From the IMG/VR virus record IMGVR_UViG_3300037067_011302, positions 64,001-128,000 of that record: a DNA stretch of 64,000 nucleotides, one strand, 5' to 3'. Position numbers and translations under genes: made by a program. This document shows, in pieces, positions 1-9,480 of this stretch. The stretch's first letter is position 1, and every line of letters starts with the position of its first letter. This DNA is from a virus (lineage: Duplodnaviria; Caudoviricetes). The notes under the pieces were generated by a model that did no database searches, was not told the DNA's origin, and saw nothing but the letters and a program-made list of their open reading frames with translations.

Positions 1-504
1 ATCTCCTACTACGATAGGGAACACCTATTCGGCGTCATCAAGTACGTTCCAGCTGCCATTCCGGGGAATCCTGAAGCAGTGTCGATTGTGAACGATTGGG
101 CAAGGCACAACATCATGACGATCGACGTTCCTCAACTCGTCGGCGTGAAGAATGCGTCAAAGGCAGGCACAATCTTCATCCACAAGGTGATCGCAAAGCA
201 AACGCTCGACCTCTTCGCGGCATGGGAATCCGCAGAATTGACAGGTCGATTGCTGACGTGGGACGGCTCATGGGTGCCCAGGTTCGTCAGAGGATCACGT
301 TCAGTCCTGTCGAATCATTCATGGGGAACAGCATTCGACATCAATGCACAGTGGAACATGATCGGTCGTAGGCCGGCGTTGAAGGGACACAAAGGTTGCG
401 TCAGAGAACTCGTTCAAATTGCGTACGATCACGGATTCTACTGGCTCGGATGGAAGACACAGAACTGCGACGGAATGCACTTTGAAGCATTCAAGATAAT
501 GTGA
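1..504 (+). CDS. M15-family peptidase (endolysin-like), 5'-truncated by window edge
   Basis: Frame open from base 1; Zn-peptidase motifs R..SNHSWGTAFDIN and DGMHFE. Confidence 0.85.
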   Translation: MSYYDREHLFGVIKYVPAAIPGNPEAVSIVNDWARHNIMTIDVPQLVGVKNASKAGTIFIHKVIAKQTLDLFAAWESAELTGRLLTWDGSWVPRFVRGSRSVLSNHSWGTAFDINAQWNMIGRRPALKGHKGCVRELVQIAYDHGFYWLGWKTQNCDGMHFEAFKIM

Positions 505-519
505 TTGAACGAGGACAAC

Positions 520-1320
520 ATGCACAACATCATCAACAAGAATGGCTTCATTTCAGAACGTGGTGGAACAAATTCACTGCACGTCGACGTTGACTCAACG
601 TTCGTTGGAACAACGACGATCAGCGGTTCGCTGAGCGTTCCACAATCTCACAACGTCCTACACGTTGAAATCGGTGGAAATGACGTGATTGGAAATGGAA
701 GCATAACTACACCATATGCAACGATCACCAAAGCGTGTGCCGTGGCAAGCGCAAGCACACCGACGATAGACAATACATGGGGAATTCTTGTCGGTGCAGG
801 AACCTTCATTGAGTCAGAGATCAACGTTCCTCCTTACTCATCAATCTATGGATTGGGACCAGGTACGACGAAGATTTCTGCATCGTCTGTCGCGTCGTCT
901 GTCGTCAATTTGAACGGTGTGCGAACGCGGTTAGAAAATTTGACAGTCGTCGGAATGGGCACAGGTTCAGCAAACGTTGGCGTCAATATTAACACGGGAA
1001 TTTGTGCCTACATTGAAACTCCAAGGGTTCAAAATGTAACGATCAGAGGATGTGAAATCGGAACGTGCGTTACGTCAGGTTCAACGGCTACGTACTTCAA
1101 CGTACGATCGTTCGACAATCGAATTGGCTATTGTGCCTCGAGCAGCAACGAAGTTGACATATATGTCGCGCCTGCATCGCGTGTGAGGTCTCCCGCAGTG
1201 AGCGAGCATGTGACTCCGGTGAGCACGTTTGCCACGTCGTTCATGCCGAATCGGATGTTGTCCCCCGCGATCGGCAGAGCTGTCGCGGCGGACTTAACGG
1301 TGACCGACGTAGTGGCGTAA
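520..1320 (+). CDS. Tail fibre/spike-like protein with beta-helix start; C-terminus probably non-native
   Basis: RBS GAGGA before ATG 520; GND..GNGS..PYATITKA and GAGTF.E motifs typical of beta-helix proteins; composition changes after ~1165. Confidence 0.55.
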   Translation: MHNIINKNGFISERGGTNSLHVDVDSTFVGTTTISGSLSVPQSHNVLHVEIGGNDVIGNGSITTPYATITKACAVASASTPTIDNTWGILVGAGTFIESEINVPPYSSIYGLGPGTTKISASSVASSVVNLNGVRTRLENLTVVGMGTGSANVGVNINTGICAYIETPRVQNVTIRGCEIGTCVTSGSTATYFNVRSFDNRIGYCASSSNEVDIYVAPASRVRSPAVSEHVTPVSTFATSFMPNRMLSPAIGRAVAADLTVTDVVA

Positions 1321-1382
1321 TAGTACCCAGGGCCTACGATTACACTACATGGTCGAACGAAGTCATTGAGTCAGGCTCATCA

Positions 1383-2810
1383 TTGGCGCAAGATTTCAGT
1401 GTGTATGCAGGAAAATCCGGCCAAGCGTTGCAGTTCAAGGCACTCGTCGCAGGAACGAACATCACGTTGTCGTCGGCATCAAACACGATCACAATCGATG
1501 CTTCGGCAGCAGGAGAGGCCAACACAGCGTCGAACTTAGGTGCTGGCGAAGGAGTGTACAACAGCAAGTCGGGTGTTGACTTGCGGTTCCGGTCACTCGT
1601 TGCCGGCACGAACATCACGTTAGCGTCAGCCTCGAACACGATCACGATCGATGCATCTGCTGCCGGAGAGGCTAACACGGCATCGAACCTAGGTGCTGGC
1701 GAAGGAGTGTACAACAGCAAGTCGGGCATAGACCTGCGGTTCCGGTCACTCGTTGCCGGCACGAACATCACCCTTCAGTCAGGGTCAGACTCCATCACCA
1801 TTGACGCCTCGGCGGCAGGAGAGGCCAACACAGCGTCCAACTTGGTGCCCGACTTCGGTCTATACGCATCGAAGTCTGGCGTTGACATCAGGTTCAAGGC
1901 GCTCACGGGCTCAGGTGGCGTGTCACTGTCATCAGGATCGACCACGATCACGATCACCGGTGAACAATCGACCGGAAGCAACGTAGGAGGCTTCACAGAG
2001 GTGTTCAAGTCACGTCTGTCTGGTGGAACGCTCGAATTCAGGACGCTCGAAGCACTCACCGGAACGCTCGGCGGTACACTGAACGTAACTCAGACAACGA
2101 ACACGATTCAGGTCGGCGTTAGGGCACTACGCGGAGCATCATTCTTTGAGGATGACTTCTGTTCAAATTCATCCGTCGGTAGGCTCGACCTGTTGACGAC
2201 GTTGAACGGAAACGGCTCAGCAGTGGCACCGTCAACGGTTGGAATTGACACCGTTCCAATTGCACAGTGTTGTGGCGTGTTGGAACTAAAGACAGGAACG
2301 AATTCCTCAGGCCGCGCGGCGGTGGGTTCATACGCCAGTGCAGTTCGTTTGGATTTTGCACAATCAACGGTCATGGAGTGGCGCATGTCACTTCAGGCGC
2401 TATCGACTGCGACGCAAGAATACGTTGCAACGTTCGGTTGGATGGACAACTTCGCGGCCGGTGACCACGTTGATGGCGCATACTTCGAGTACGATCGACT
2501 CACGGCAGGTGACTTCTGGAGGTGTTGCACAGCGACCAACTCATCTCGAACGAAGGTCACGACTTCAGCACCGGTGACGGCGGGTTCATCGTTCGACAGG
2601 TTCACGATCTACACGAACTCTGGAAGCACTGTGGCAACGTTCTACGTGAACGACTCACTCGTGGCAACGATCTCATCCAGCATGCCGATCGGCGTCGGAA
2701 GGTCAACGGGATATGGCGCAAAGATCCAGAAGTCCGCAGGCACAACGAGCAGATCGCTCTACTCCGACTACATCAGTGCGATCATCAACTGGCCCAGTGG
2801 ACAACGCTAG
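1383..2810 (+). CDS. Tail fibre protein with 51-aa repeats and C-terminal ConA/lectin-like domain; true start uncertain
   Basis: LRFRSLVAGTNITL repeats; beta-rich C-terminus; native-looking frame extends back to ~1341. Confidence 0.7.
   Translation: MAQDFSVYAGKSGQALQFKALVAGTNITLSSASNTITIDASAAGEANTASNLGAGEGVYNSKSGVDLRFRSLVAGTNITLASASNTITIDASAAGEANTASNLGAGEGVYNSKSGIDLRFRSLVAGTNITLQSGSDSITIDASAAGEANTASNLVPDFGLYASKSGVDIRFKALTGSGGVSLSSGSTTITITGEQSTGSNVGGFTEVFKSRLSGGTLEFRTLEALTGTLGGTLNVTQTTNTIQVGVRALRGASFFEDDFCSNSSVGRLDLLTTLNGNGSAVAPSTVGIDTVPIAQCCGVLELKTGTNSSGRAAVGSYASAVRLDFAQSTVMEWRMSLQALSTATQEYVATFGWMDNFAAGDHVDGAYFEYDRLTAGDFWRCCTATNSSRTKVTTSAPVTAGSSFDRFTIYTNSGSTVATFYVNDSLVATISSSMPIGVGRSTGYGAKIQKSAGTTSRSLYSDYISAIINWPSGQR
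1400..2060 (+). repeat. 153-bp (51-aa) coding tandem repeat, about 4 copies, the last degenerate
   Basis: cactcgt.gc.gg.acgaac recurs at 1441, 1594 and 1747. Confidence 0.9.
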
Positions 2811-3040
2811 CCGACCCACGAACGACGCACGACCGAATTAACGACGACGACGTTCACTCGTAGTGGATCATAGTCGTTCACCATGTTACGACGAATGCCA
2901 TCAAGCGATGCGATCCGAAGGCGTAGGCCGTCAGACTTCAACCTCTTAAACGCAACGTCCAACATCGTACCAGCGAGACGATCAGACGTTCGACGAGCAA
3001 GTTGCTTCAACCTGTAATGATCAGCGATCACGTTTTGCAT
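2807..3040 (-). CDS. Peptidase-inhibitor I78 / potato inhibitor I-like small protein
   Basis: AGGAG RBS; pattern G...A......G...R....DG....D...RVNV.V...V.....G. Confidence 0.55.
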   Translation of the reverse strand: MQNVIADHYRLKQLARRTSDRLAGTMLDVAFKRLKSDGLRLRIASLDGIRRNMVNDYDPLRVNVVVVNSVVRRSWVG

Positions 3041-3083
3041 TTTGCACTCCTAACATGATCATATCACACAGGCCGTCGATCGT

Positions 3084-3416
3084 TCACCGTCGCCGACGGC
3101 GGAACTTCGCCTTCTTGCCGATCGCCGGGAACCTCGGTTCAGGAGGTCCGATCGCATCATCAGGCTGCTCGACGTGTTCGAGAATCGGTTCGCACTCGGA
3201 TGATGACGTGATGCCATTGATCGTGGCTTCAGCGTCACGAAGCCACTTCTGTGCGAGGGGGGCTGACGCGGCCTTCGACTGTTCTGTCAGAGCGTCAATG
3301 ATGATGTACTTGTCCTGTTCGGCAACGTGATCCAACCCATCGCCCTTGGAGAGATATTTGAGCTCATCGTAAAGTGCGAGCAATTCGTCAGGTGTGAACT
3401 TGATCTTGAATGACAT
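3084..3416 (-). CDS. Hypothetical protein
   Basis: GGAGG RBS; 110-aa ORF in the operon direction. Confidence 0.6.
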   Translation of the reverse strand: MSFKIKFTPDELLALYDELKYLSKGDGLDHVAEQDKYIIIDALTEQSKAASAPLAQKWLRDAEATINGITSSSECEPILEHVEQPDDAIGPPEPRFPAIGKKAKFRRRRR

Positions 3417-3471
3417 ATTCCTCCGACATCAATCCTACGCCGCCCAAGAACCAACGAACACTTGAAACGAC

Positions 3472-3495
3472 AAAAGGCACTGAATTTAGTGCCTT
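3472..3495 (-). terminator. Intrinsic terminator
   Basis: AAGGCACT-aaattc-AGTGCCTT hairpin with T tract just downstream of the 3505 stop. Confidence 0.6.
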
Positions 3496-3504
3496 CACCC
3501 TTCA

Positions 3505-4068
3505 TCACGTAACGCCGTACGTGACGTTCAACTTCAGAGCCTTCGTCCACCCTGGTGGATAACGACTCACGTAGTAGGTATAGGAGGTGTCCTCAGAATC
3601 CCAGAGAGTGAACCACCGTCCTGAACGCATGATTCTCTTGACGTCACATACCACATCAGGTCCCAATTCGAAGCTGAGCCTACAATGATCGGCGGACGCG
3701 CTGAACTCACCGTATTCTTGTTCGTCATCAATCTTCACCGATGAAAGCACAAGCAATACGCTCTTGTCGATGAACTCAGAACACTTGTCGAGCGAGAACT
3801 CAGGCGTCTCATCTTCAGAATCGTCATCGTCTCCACACCCAGGCTCTTCATCGCACTCAGGTTCTTCACCATCGTCCCAATCAACGCTGGGACCATCATG
3901 ACAATCGCAGAACTCGGAGCACGACTTGCGATGCTCTTCAGCTTCAACAACGACATCAAGAACCTTCATGACAAGTTCATCAATGCCCGGACGTTCTTCT
4001 TCAAAGAGCGTCTTGCTCTGCATCAACACATGAACAATGTCAATCACATCACGTTCTGTCAACTTCAT
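3505..4068 (-). CDS. Hypothetical acidic protein
   Basis: GAGG RBS; D/E-rich linker. Confidence 0.65.
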   Translation of the reverse strand: MKLTERDVIDIVHVLMQSKTLFEEERPGIDELVMKVLDVVVEAEEHRKSCSEFCDCHDGPSVDWDDGEEPECDEEPGCGDDDDSEDETPEFSLDKCSEFIDKSVLLVLSSVKIDDEQEYGEFSASADHCRLSFELGPDVVCDVKRIMRSGRWFTLWDSEDTSYTYYVSRYPPGWTKALKLNVTYGVT

Positions 4069-4127
4069 GATTCTTCCTCGCTATGTACAATAGAAGACAA
4101 CCCCACTACACCGTTCACTGCCTACGT

Positions 4128-4379
4128 TCAGACAGAAAGTCCCGTCTCAAGGTAGTGTTTGTAGAGAAGTAGGTACAACGTACGCGCCTGATGACCCGTC
4201 AATGTCATGCCGAAGCCCACGTCATCGCCCGATTGGATCGACAACCTCGTCGAATTCGATCGACGATCCGTCACGGCCTCAAAGTACGTATCGTTGTCAT
4301 CACGACGGGCGGTGCTCGTCCTACTACAATTGTTCCCGTGCTTGTGAACGATCCTTGCCGACTTATTCTTGCTCTGCAT
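4128..4379 (-). CDS. Hypothetical protein
   Basis: AGGA RBS before ATG 4379 (MQSKNK). Confidence 0.55.
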   Translation of the reverse strand: MQSKNKSARIVHKHGNNCSRTSTARRDDNDTYFEAVTDRRSNSTRLSIQSGDDVGFGMTLTGHQARTLYLLLYKHYLETGLSV

Positions 4380-4476
4380 ACGATTCCTACCTTTTGGATT
4401 CGACCGACGTGGCCGACAACAGAATCGTATGCTATGGAGTCTCAAACGTTCAAGCGTAAGATCAATTCGATATCAC

Positions 4477-4989
4477 TCAGGTGGGCAGCCCAGACAACGT
4501 GATCGAACCGGTGTTTGCCATGAGAAGCCAACGATAACCGTCAGAAATCATCGCAACTGAACCGCTAGCAGGCATCGACAACTTCGTGCCAACGCGTTGC
4601 ATGGTACCAGATGCCCACACAGGCATCACGAACACGCCGCCCAACGTTGAGAACGAAGAACCCGTCAACTGCCAGTCATAGATCCCAGCAGTGTCGGTCA
4701 CCACCAACGTCGAACCCGGCCACGTCTTCGCTGAAGGAACGCTTCCAGTAAAGTACCCTGCACCACCACTTCCGCTAGCAGCAACGGTGTAATACCCCGG
4801 TGCTGACAACGTCACAGAACCACTGGCGGTTGCAGCAACTGGAGTGACGGCAACAGTACCCATTGTGACAGTTCCAACGACGGACATTGCTCCAGCGACC
4901 GTCACAGCGCCAGCAACAGTCAAAGCATTACCAACCGACAGGTTCTGCGAACCGTCATCAACCAAACCCCTTGAATCAATCTTAGCCAT
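4477..4989 (-). CDS. Putative virion structural protein (S/T/G-rich)
   Basis: Preceded by ATACTTA motif; many SGS/TGS motifs. Confidence 0.6.
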   Translation of the reverse strand: MAKIDSRGLVDDGSQNLSVGNALTVAGAVTVAGAMSVVGTVTMGTVAVTPVAATASGSVTLSAPGYYTVAASGSGGAGYFTGSVPSAKTWPGSTLVVTDTAGIYDWQLTGSSFSTLGGVFVMPVWASGTMQRVGTKLSMPASGSVAMISDGYRWLLMANTGSITLSGLPT

Positions 4990-5173
4990 AGCTCACACCT
5001 CAATGTCTAAGTATCGATGCGAACCTGAAGTTGACGACTCACCTTCACTCAACGCCGTCTTCCTTCGAAATTGCAAACACGAACACGAAGCAGATGACAA
5101 TCCAAAATATGATCTCGAGGACCTTCGCCAGAACGTCCATTGCAGTACCTCCAAATTGAAGATGATCAGACAA

Positions 5174-6679
5174 TCACTTGCTCAATCTCATCATCCTAAT
5201 TGATGAAATTTCATTGTGTTCATGGCGAGCAAGAACGTTCGTTGACCGCTTTTGATCAAGCTTTTCCAACATCTGATCGAGAAATTTTACGTCAATTTTC
5301 TTTGCAACTTCAATTCGAACGTCGTAGCTTTCATCATCCATCATCCCAGGAAGGTACGATGGATCAATGCGTCTAGCGACCGCGAGTCGAACGCTATAGT
5401 GATCGTCGTTCATCATCTCAGACAGATGTGACTTATCAATCCTATGCGCAACCGCACGACGAACGGCAACGTCACTATCGTGCATCATCTCAGGTAGATA
5501 ATCATCGTTAATTCGTTCTGCGACTGAATACCTTACCTTCCAACTCTCATCATGCATCATCTTAGACAGGTGTTCCAGATCGACGGAATCTGCGGCTGCA
5601 AGTCGCATTTCCACGTCATCATCGTGGATGAAGTTGACCAAGTATGACGGGTGAATCCTCGAAAGGATTAGAAGTCGAACGTCGTGTGCTTTTTCTCTCT
5701 CAAGCATCTCAGGCAGGTATTCTTGATCGATGCGTTTAGCAACGTGATATCGAACGGTGGCGTCTCTGTCCTTCATCATTAACTGAAGGAAAAGTTTGTC
5801 AACGTACTTTGAGACAACTTGCCTCACCTTGACGCTCTTGTGCTTCACAAATTGTTCAATGATGTCGGCATCAATCTTTTCGAAAATTGCTTTCAACGTG
5901 ATTGAATCATCCTTGTACAATTCAACCGATGAGACGATCTCCTCTCGCGAGGCCTCACCCAACTTGATCTTTGCCAGCACACTCTTCTCACGTTCCGGAG
6001 CATCGTCGGTGACGATGTCGGCAAGTTTCTCAAGTTCCTCAGGAACGCCACCCAAATTATAATCGGCGGCATCGTAGATCTCTAACTCTATGACGTTGTT
6101 GATCAAATCACGTTGCACGGCAAACGCTAACTTGTAAAATGAGTCAGTCTTTGGCAACGTTTTTGATAGTGCGAAGTAGAACACCACGTTTGCACCGGTG
6201 TACTGCTCGAAGTACGACGCATTCGCCATCGTGATACACCACTTCGTTCCGGCACCGTACAACTGTGCTGCCTTCTTGTCCTTGATGTAGATGAGTTCAT
6301 ATTCATCATCATCAATGATTTTCTCCGCACCGGCGACCTTCGTCGCCTTACGCTCCTGTGTCTTTGTCGGTGCGATCGACTTCAACTCATTCTCAAGTTC
6401 CTTCAGAGATTTATACGAGTTGATGTCCTTGTTCTTGACCCGCGATGTGCTCTTGTGAAATAGCTCAATCGTTGGAATCAAGTCATTGACGCTCACGCCG
6501 GACGATAACTGCTTCACTCCCCACAACAGGTACTTTTGTGAGCCAGATGGATCTGAGGATGCGAGTTCATCGATCTCCTTCTCAAGATCAGGGTACTTTG
6601 TCTTCACGTCGGAGACGCGGTCCTCAAGCAGCAGGACTTCACGGATGACACGTCGCAGCGTTCCGAGAACGATCTTCAT
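5174..6679 (-). CDS. Leader + WCIT (PcfJ-like) domain + 24-aa LRV/HEAT-like repeat protein, paralog A
   Basis: MKIVLGTLRRVIREVLLLE; YGAGTKWCITM; RIDxxYLPxMMxDxxxxVRxxVA repeats. Confidence 0.8.
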   Translation of the reverse strand: MKIVLGTLRRVIREVLLLEDRVSDVKTKYPDLEKEIDELASSDPSGSQKYLLWGVKQLSSGVSVNDLIPTIELFHKSTSRVKNKDINSYKSLKELENELKSIAPTKTQERKATKVAGAEKIIDDDEYELIYIKDKKAAQLYGAGTKWCITMANASYFEQYTGANVVFYFALSKTLPKTDSFYKLAFAVQRDLINNVIELEIYDAADYNLGGVPEELEKLADIVTDDAPEREKSVLAKIKLGEASREEIVSSVELYKDDSITLKAIFEKIDADIIEQFVKHKSVKVRQVVSKYVDKLFLQLMMKDRDATVRYHVAKRIDQEYLPEMLEREKAHDVRLLILSRIHPSYLVNFIHDDDVEMRLAAADSVDLEHLSKMMHDESWKVRYSVAERINDDYLPEMMHDSDVAVRRAVAHRIDKSHLSEMMNDDHYSVRLAVARRIDPSYLPGMMDDESYDVRIEVAKKIDVKFLDQMLEKLDQKRSTNVLARHEHNEISSIRMMRLSK

Positions 6680-6714
6680 GGCGCTAAATATAGCGACACG
6701 ACATCATTCGTGGA

Positions 6715-8439
6715 TCACACCGCCTTCGTGAACGTCAGGTACGAGTCTGTGGTCGGTGCCTTCTTCGATGCCTTCCTTGCGAAGTGATCGTGCCTATTCT
6801 CAACGAGGACGTTCTCCGTCAGCTCGAACCCAACGCTCCGCGCCACCGCGATCGCAACCTCGTCGAGCGTCGTCGAGATGTTGATCACCATCTTTGCACC
6901 ACACTTCAACCCGTGGAACGCATTCTCAAACGTCTTCGTCAAGTACGAGTGCGTCCATGCCTCGAGCGTTGAGTAGTCGCGCCAACACTGGCCCGGCTCA
7001 TCGAAGTATTGCTCGAGGTCAAAGTAAGGAGGAGACGTGAAGACGAAGTCAAGGGATTCCTTTTCAGGGAGGAACTTCTCAGAACCAGTGTTGTGCAACT
7101 GCGTCCTGAATTCTGGGAGCAACGGTGCCAACAGCTCGCTCAGCCTACCTGCATCATCGTACATCGGCACTGCAGGATCTGTCCCAACGTAAGTTCCCGT
7201 CGGAAATGCCATCGCAAATCCTAGCAAACGCGCGGAGAACCCAATCGACGGATCCCAGACGACCGGACGCTCGATCCCCTTCAGGTGCTTTTCATACACC
7301 TCGCGAGCAATGCTGGGCTTGAACCACGACACCGCGTTACGCTGGACGACGAACCCTCGCCTGACGTTCTTCAAGTTGATGTCAAACGTCTCCCTCGTCG
7401 TGATGCTCTCACCTGACGAAAGCACGTACGTGTAGGGCTTGCTGTTGTTCAGGCCGAGGCGATACATCAACACACGCATCAGGACCTTGTCGTCCTCAAA
7501 CGCCTGTGCCGGTCCGTGATCGACGTCCCAGAATGACCTGACGAACGACTTGAGCCAAATCGATGAACTGCGATCACTCTCATTTCCCTTCAGGATGGTC
7601 CTGAGAGCCTCGGAATCCCAGGATGGATAGAACCACCCATGGAAGGACACGTGAGCACGGAACAGCCTCTGAATGGCAGGAAGGAGCTCCTTCGTCCTCC
7701 ACTCTGGACCTGGACCGGTGAGGAGCTGTTCCCTGGAGTGGATGGGCATTTCCTCATCAATCGCGAACGCTGAACCCTTCACGACCTTCCCTCCGACGAT
7801 CGCAAAGTATGACGCCGCGATGAGGTCATTCAACGAACGTGCCGTGGACACGTCAGTTCCCTCCTTGATCCTAACAAGGGTGAGACGTTCGTCGACGACG
7901 AGGCGCGCCTTCTCTAGGTCACCGGCGAGGCTCGTGATCTGGTCGAGAGTGAATGAGTTTGACCTGTCGAGACCGTGCCAGTATGATCCATCGTACTCGA
8001 CGATCGCAGAACAGGATGGAATCCACGCGTCGGCGCACCACGGACTAGAACAGTTGATCCACATTGCTCTGACGACGTCAGGAAACGACTTTGCGAGCGC
8101 AGCGATCATCGAGTCAGGCGAGGCATCGCGGTCGGACTCTGGCGGTGCGAACGACGGAACGAACTCCTTCACGAGATTCGGCACAGGCATGCGTGAAGAA
8201 TTGTGACCGTTCACGTAGTCATTGAAGCGATAGTGGACCACGTGCCACGACACCTCCTTGCCACACCCACAGGCACAGGTCGGAACTCGTCCGCACAGTA
8301 GGTGCTTGAGCGTGTAGCCACGTAGTCCGCCGAGGTCACGGTGTACGCGGTTGACGTGGTTGCCGAGCGAGCGCCGGTTCTTGCACGTCTTATTGCACTC
8401 GAGGCAAACCTGTGGATCGTTGGTGACTTCAATTCCCAT
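6715..8439 (-). CDS. C2H2 zinc finger + CxCGC module + Vsr/DUF559-like endonuclease fused to an N4-C/N6-A DNA methyltransferase
   Basis: CLEC..H..H; CACGCG; D..IP..VEYDGSYWH; SAM motif WDPSIGFSAR followed by catalytic FTSPPY. Confidence 0.8.
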   Translation of the reverse strand: MGIEVTNDPQVCLECNKTCKNRRSLGNHVNRVHRDLGGLRGYTLKHLLCGRVPTCACGCGKEVSWHVVHYRFNDYVNGHNSSRMPVPNLVKEFVPSFAPPESDRDASPDSMIAALAKSFPDVVRAMWINCSSPWCADAWIPSCSAIVEYDGSYWHGLDRSNSFTLDQITSLAGDLEKARLVVDERLTLVRIKEGTDVSTARSLNDLIAASYFAIVGGKVVKGSAFAIDEEMPIHSREQLLTGPGPEWRTKELLPAIQRLFRAHVSFHGWFYPSWDSEALRTILKGNESDRSSSIWLKSFVRSFWDVDHGPAQAFEDDKVLMRVLMYRLGLNNSKPYTYVLSSGESITTRETFDINLKNVRRGFVVQRNAVSWFKPSIAREVYEKHLKGIERPVVWDPSIGFSARLLGFAMAFPTGTYVGTDPAVPMYDDAGRLSELLAPLLPEFRTQLHNTGSEKFLPEKESLDFVFTSPPYFDLEQYFDEPGQCWRDYSTLEAWTHSYLTKTFENAFHGLKCGAKMVINISTTLDEVAIAVARSVGFELTENVLVENRHDHFARKASKKAPTTDSYLTFTKAV

Positions 8440-8477
8440 GTGATTTCTTCTTATCTTAACACATTGTGGTGATATTG

Positions 8478-9446
8478 CTAGACGATTGAGAACCAGGTGC
8501 TGTCGGAGACACACGCATTCGTCGAATCTAGGACGACGAATGAAGCGCCGAGGTTTGAACAGTGGACCTGCGCAAAGGAAAATTTCACCGCGTCGATCGG
8601 CGTCATCATTCCCTTCACCTCGATCACTGTCTTACCCGAGAGTGTGACGAAGTCCGGAACGTAGCGATGGTGCTTGCCTTCAAAGTCATCGTACGGAATG
8701 AAGATCGTCTTGTTTCTGGTGATAGGAATGTTGCGACGGATCGCCTCCTCGAGGACAATCCTTTCCCATCCGCTGTCAAGGTGTTCGTCGACGCCAGTGA
8801 AGGGATTGAACATCCAGGAGCGCTTGGTACGATTGGGCGCGATGATGCCGAGTGCTTGGTTACGTGAGGCACGGATCGACAACATTTCACGGGACTCGTC
8901 GTTGTCGAGAGCAGCCTTCGTCGCGACGGAGACTTTGTCCCTGAATTCTTGAGAACGCATCGTCTCGCGGTACTGATCACCCTTCACTTGCCAACGCTCC
9001 TTGGCTGCATCAGAGACTGCTTTCCGGAAGTGCTCAGACTCATAGACGCCCGCCGCTCGACGAGCAGCAGTGAACATCTCACCACGTTCTTTTTTCTTCT
9101 CGTCGCCAGCGTTGTCCCAATATCTCTTGAGCGCTTCACTGTTCTTCTGACGCTTTTCGGGATCATGAGCCGCGGCGGTGCCAGCAGCGATCATCTGAGC
9201 ACGAATTTCGGGAACACGGTTCGCGTGACCTCTTATGAATCGCCTGAATGACTTAGTCAATTTATGCCAACTGACTTCTTCGCCACATCCACATTCACAT
9301 GTTGGAATGATGCCGTTGTACTTCATGAGGACATCATAGTCACGACGACCGTGCTTGTGAATTCGACCCGAGTGTCGAACGACAGAAGACTCTGACGCAA
9401 ATTGTTGATCACACCAAGGACACTTGAACATGAAATGAACATACAA
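8478..9446 (-). CDS. Free-standing homing-endonuclease-like protein (C2H2 + CxCGC + NUMOD-like helices + TnsA-type PD-(D/E)XK)
   Basis: CPWC..H..H; CECGCG..RFIRGH; DSGWE; YVPDF; IEVKG. Confidence 0.8.
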   Translation of the reverse strand: MYVHFMFKCPWCDQQFASESSVVRHSGRIHKHGRRDYDVLMKYNGIIPTCECGCGEEVSWHKLTKSFRRFIRGHANRVPEIRAQMIAAGTAAAHDPEKRQKNSEALKRYWDNAGDEKKKERGEMFTAARRAAGVYESEHFRKAVSDAAKERWQVKGDQYRETMRSQEFRDKVSVATKAALDNDESREMLSIRASRNQALGIIAPNRTKRSWMFNPFTGVDEHLDSGWERIVLEEAIRRNIPITRNKTIFIPYDDFEGKHHRYVPDFVTLSGKTVIEVKGMMTPIDAVKFSFAQVHCSNLGASFVVLDSTNACVSDSTWFSIV

Positions 9447-9480
9447 TGACCTGTGTTCCCGTTCAAGCGTCAGAACAAGT

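Noticed and set aside
1156-1345. Classical invertase shufflon
   Set aside because: No flanking inverted repeats or recombinase seen; in-place inversion does not restore a single frame
5174-6679. Diversity-generating retroelement acting on the repeat family
   Set aside because: No reverse transcriptase or template/variable repeat pair visible; variation is not evidently adenine-specific
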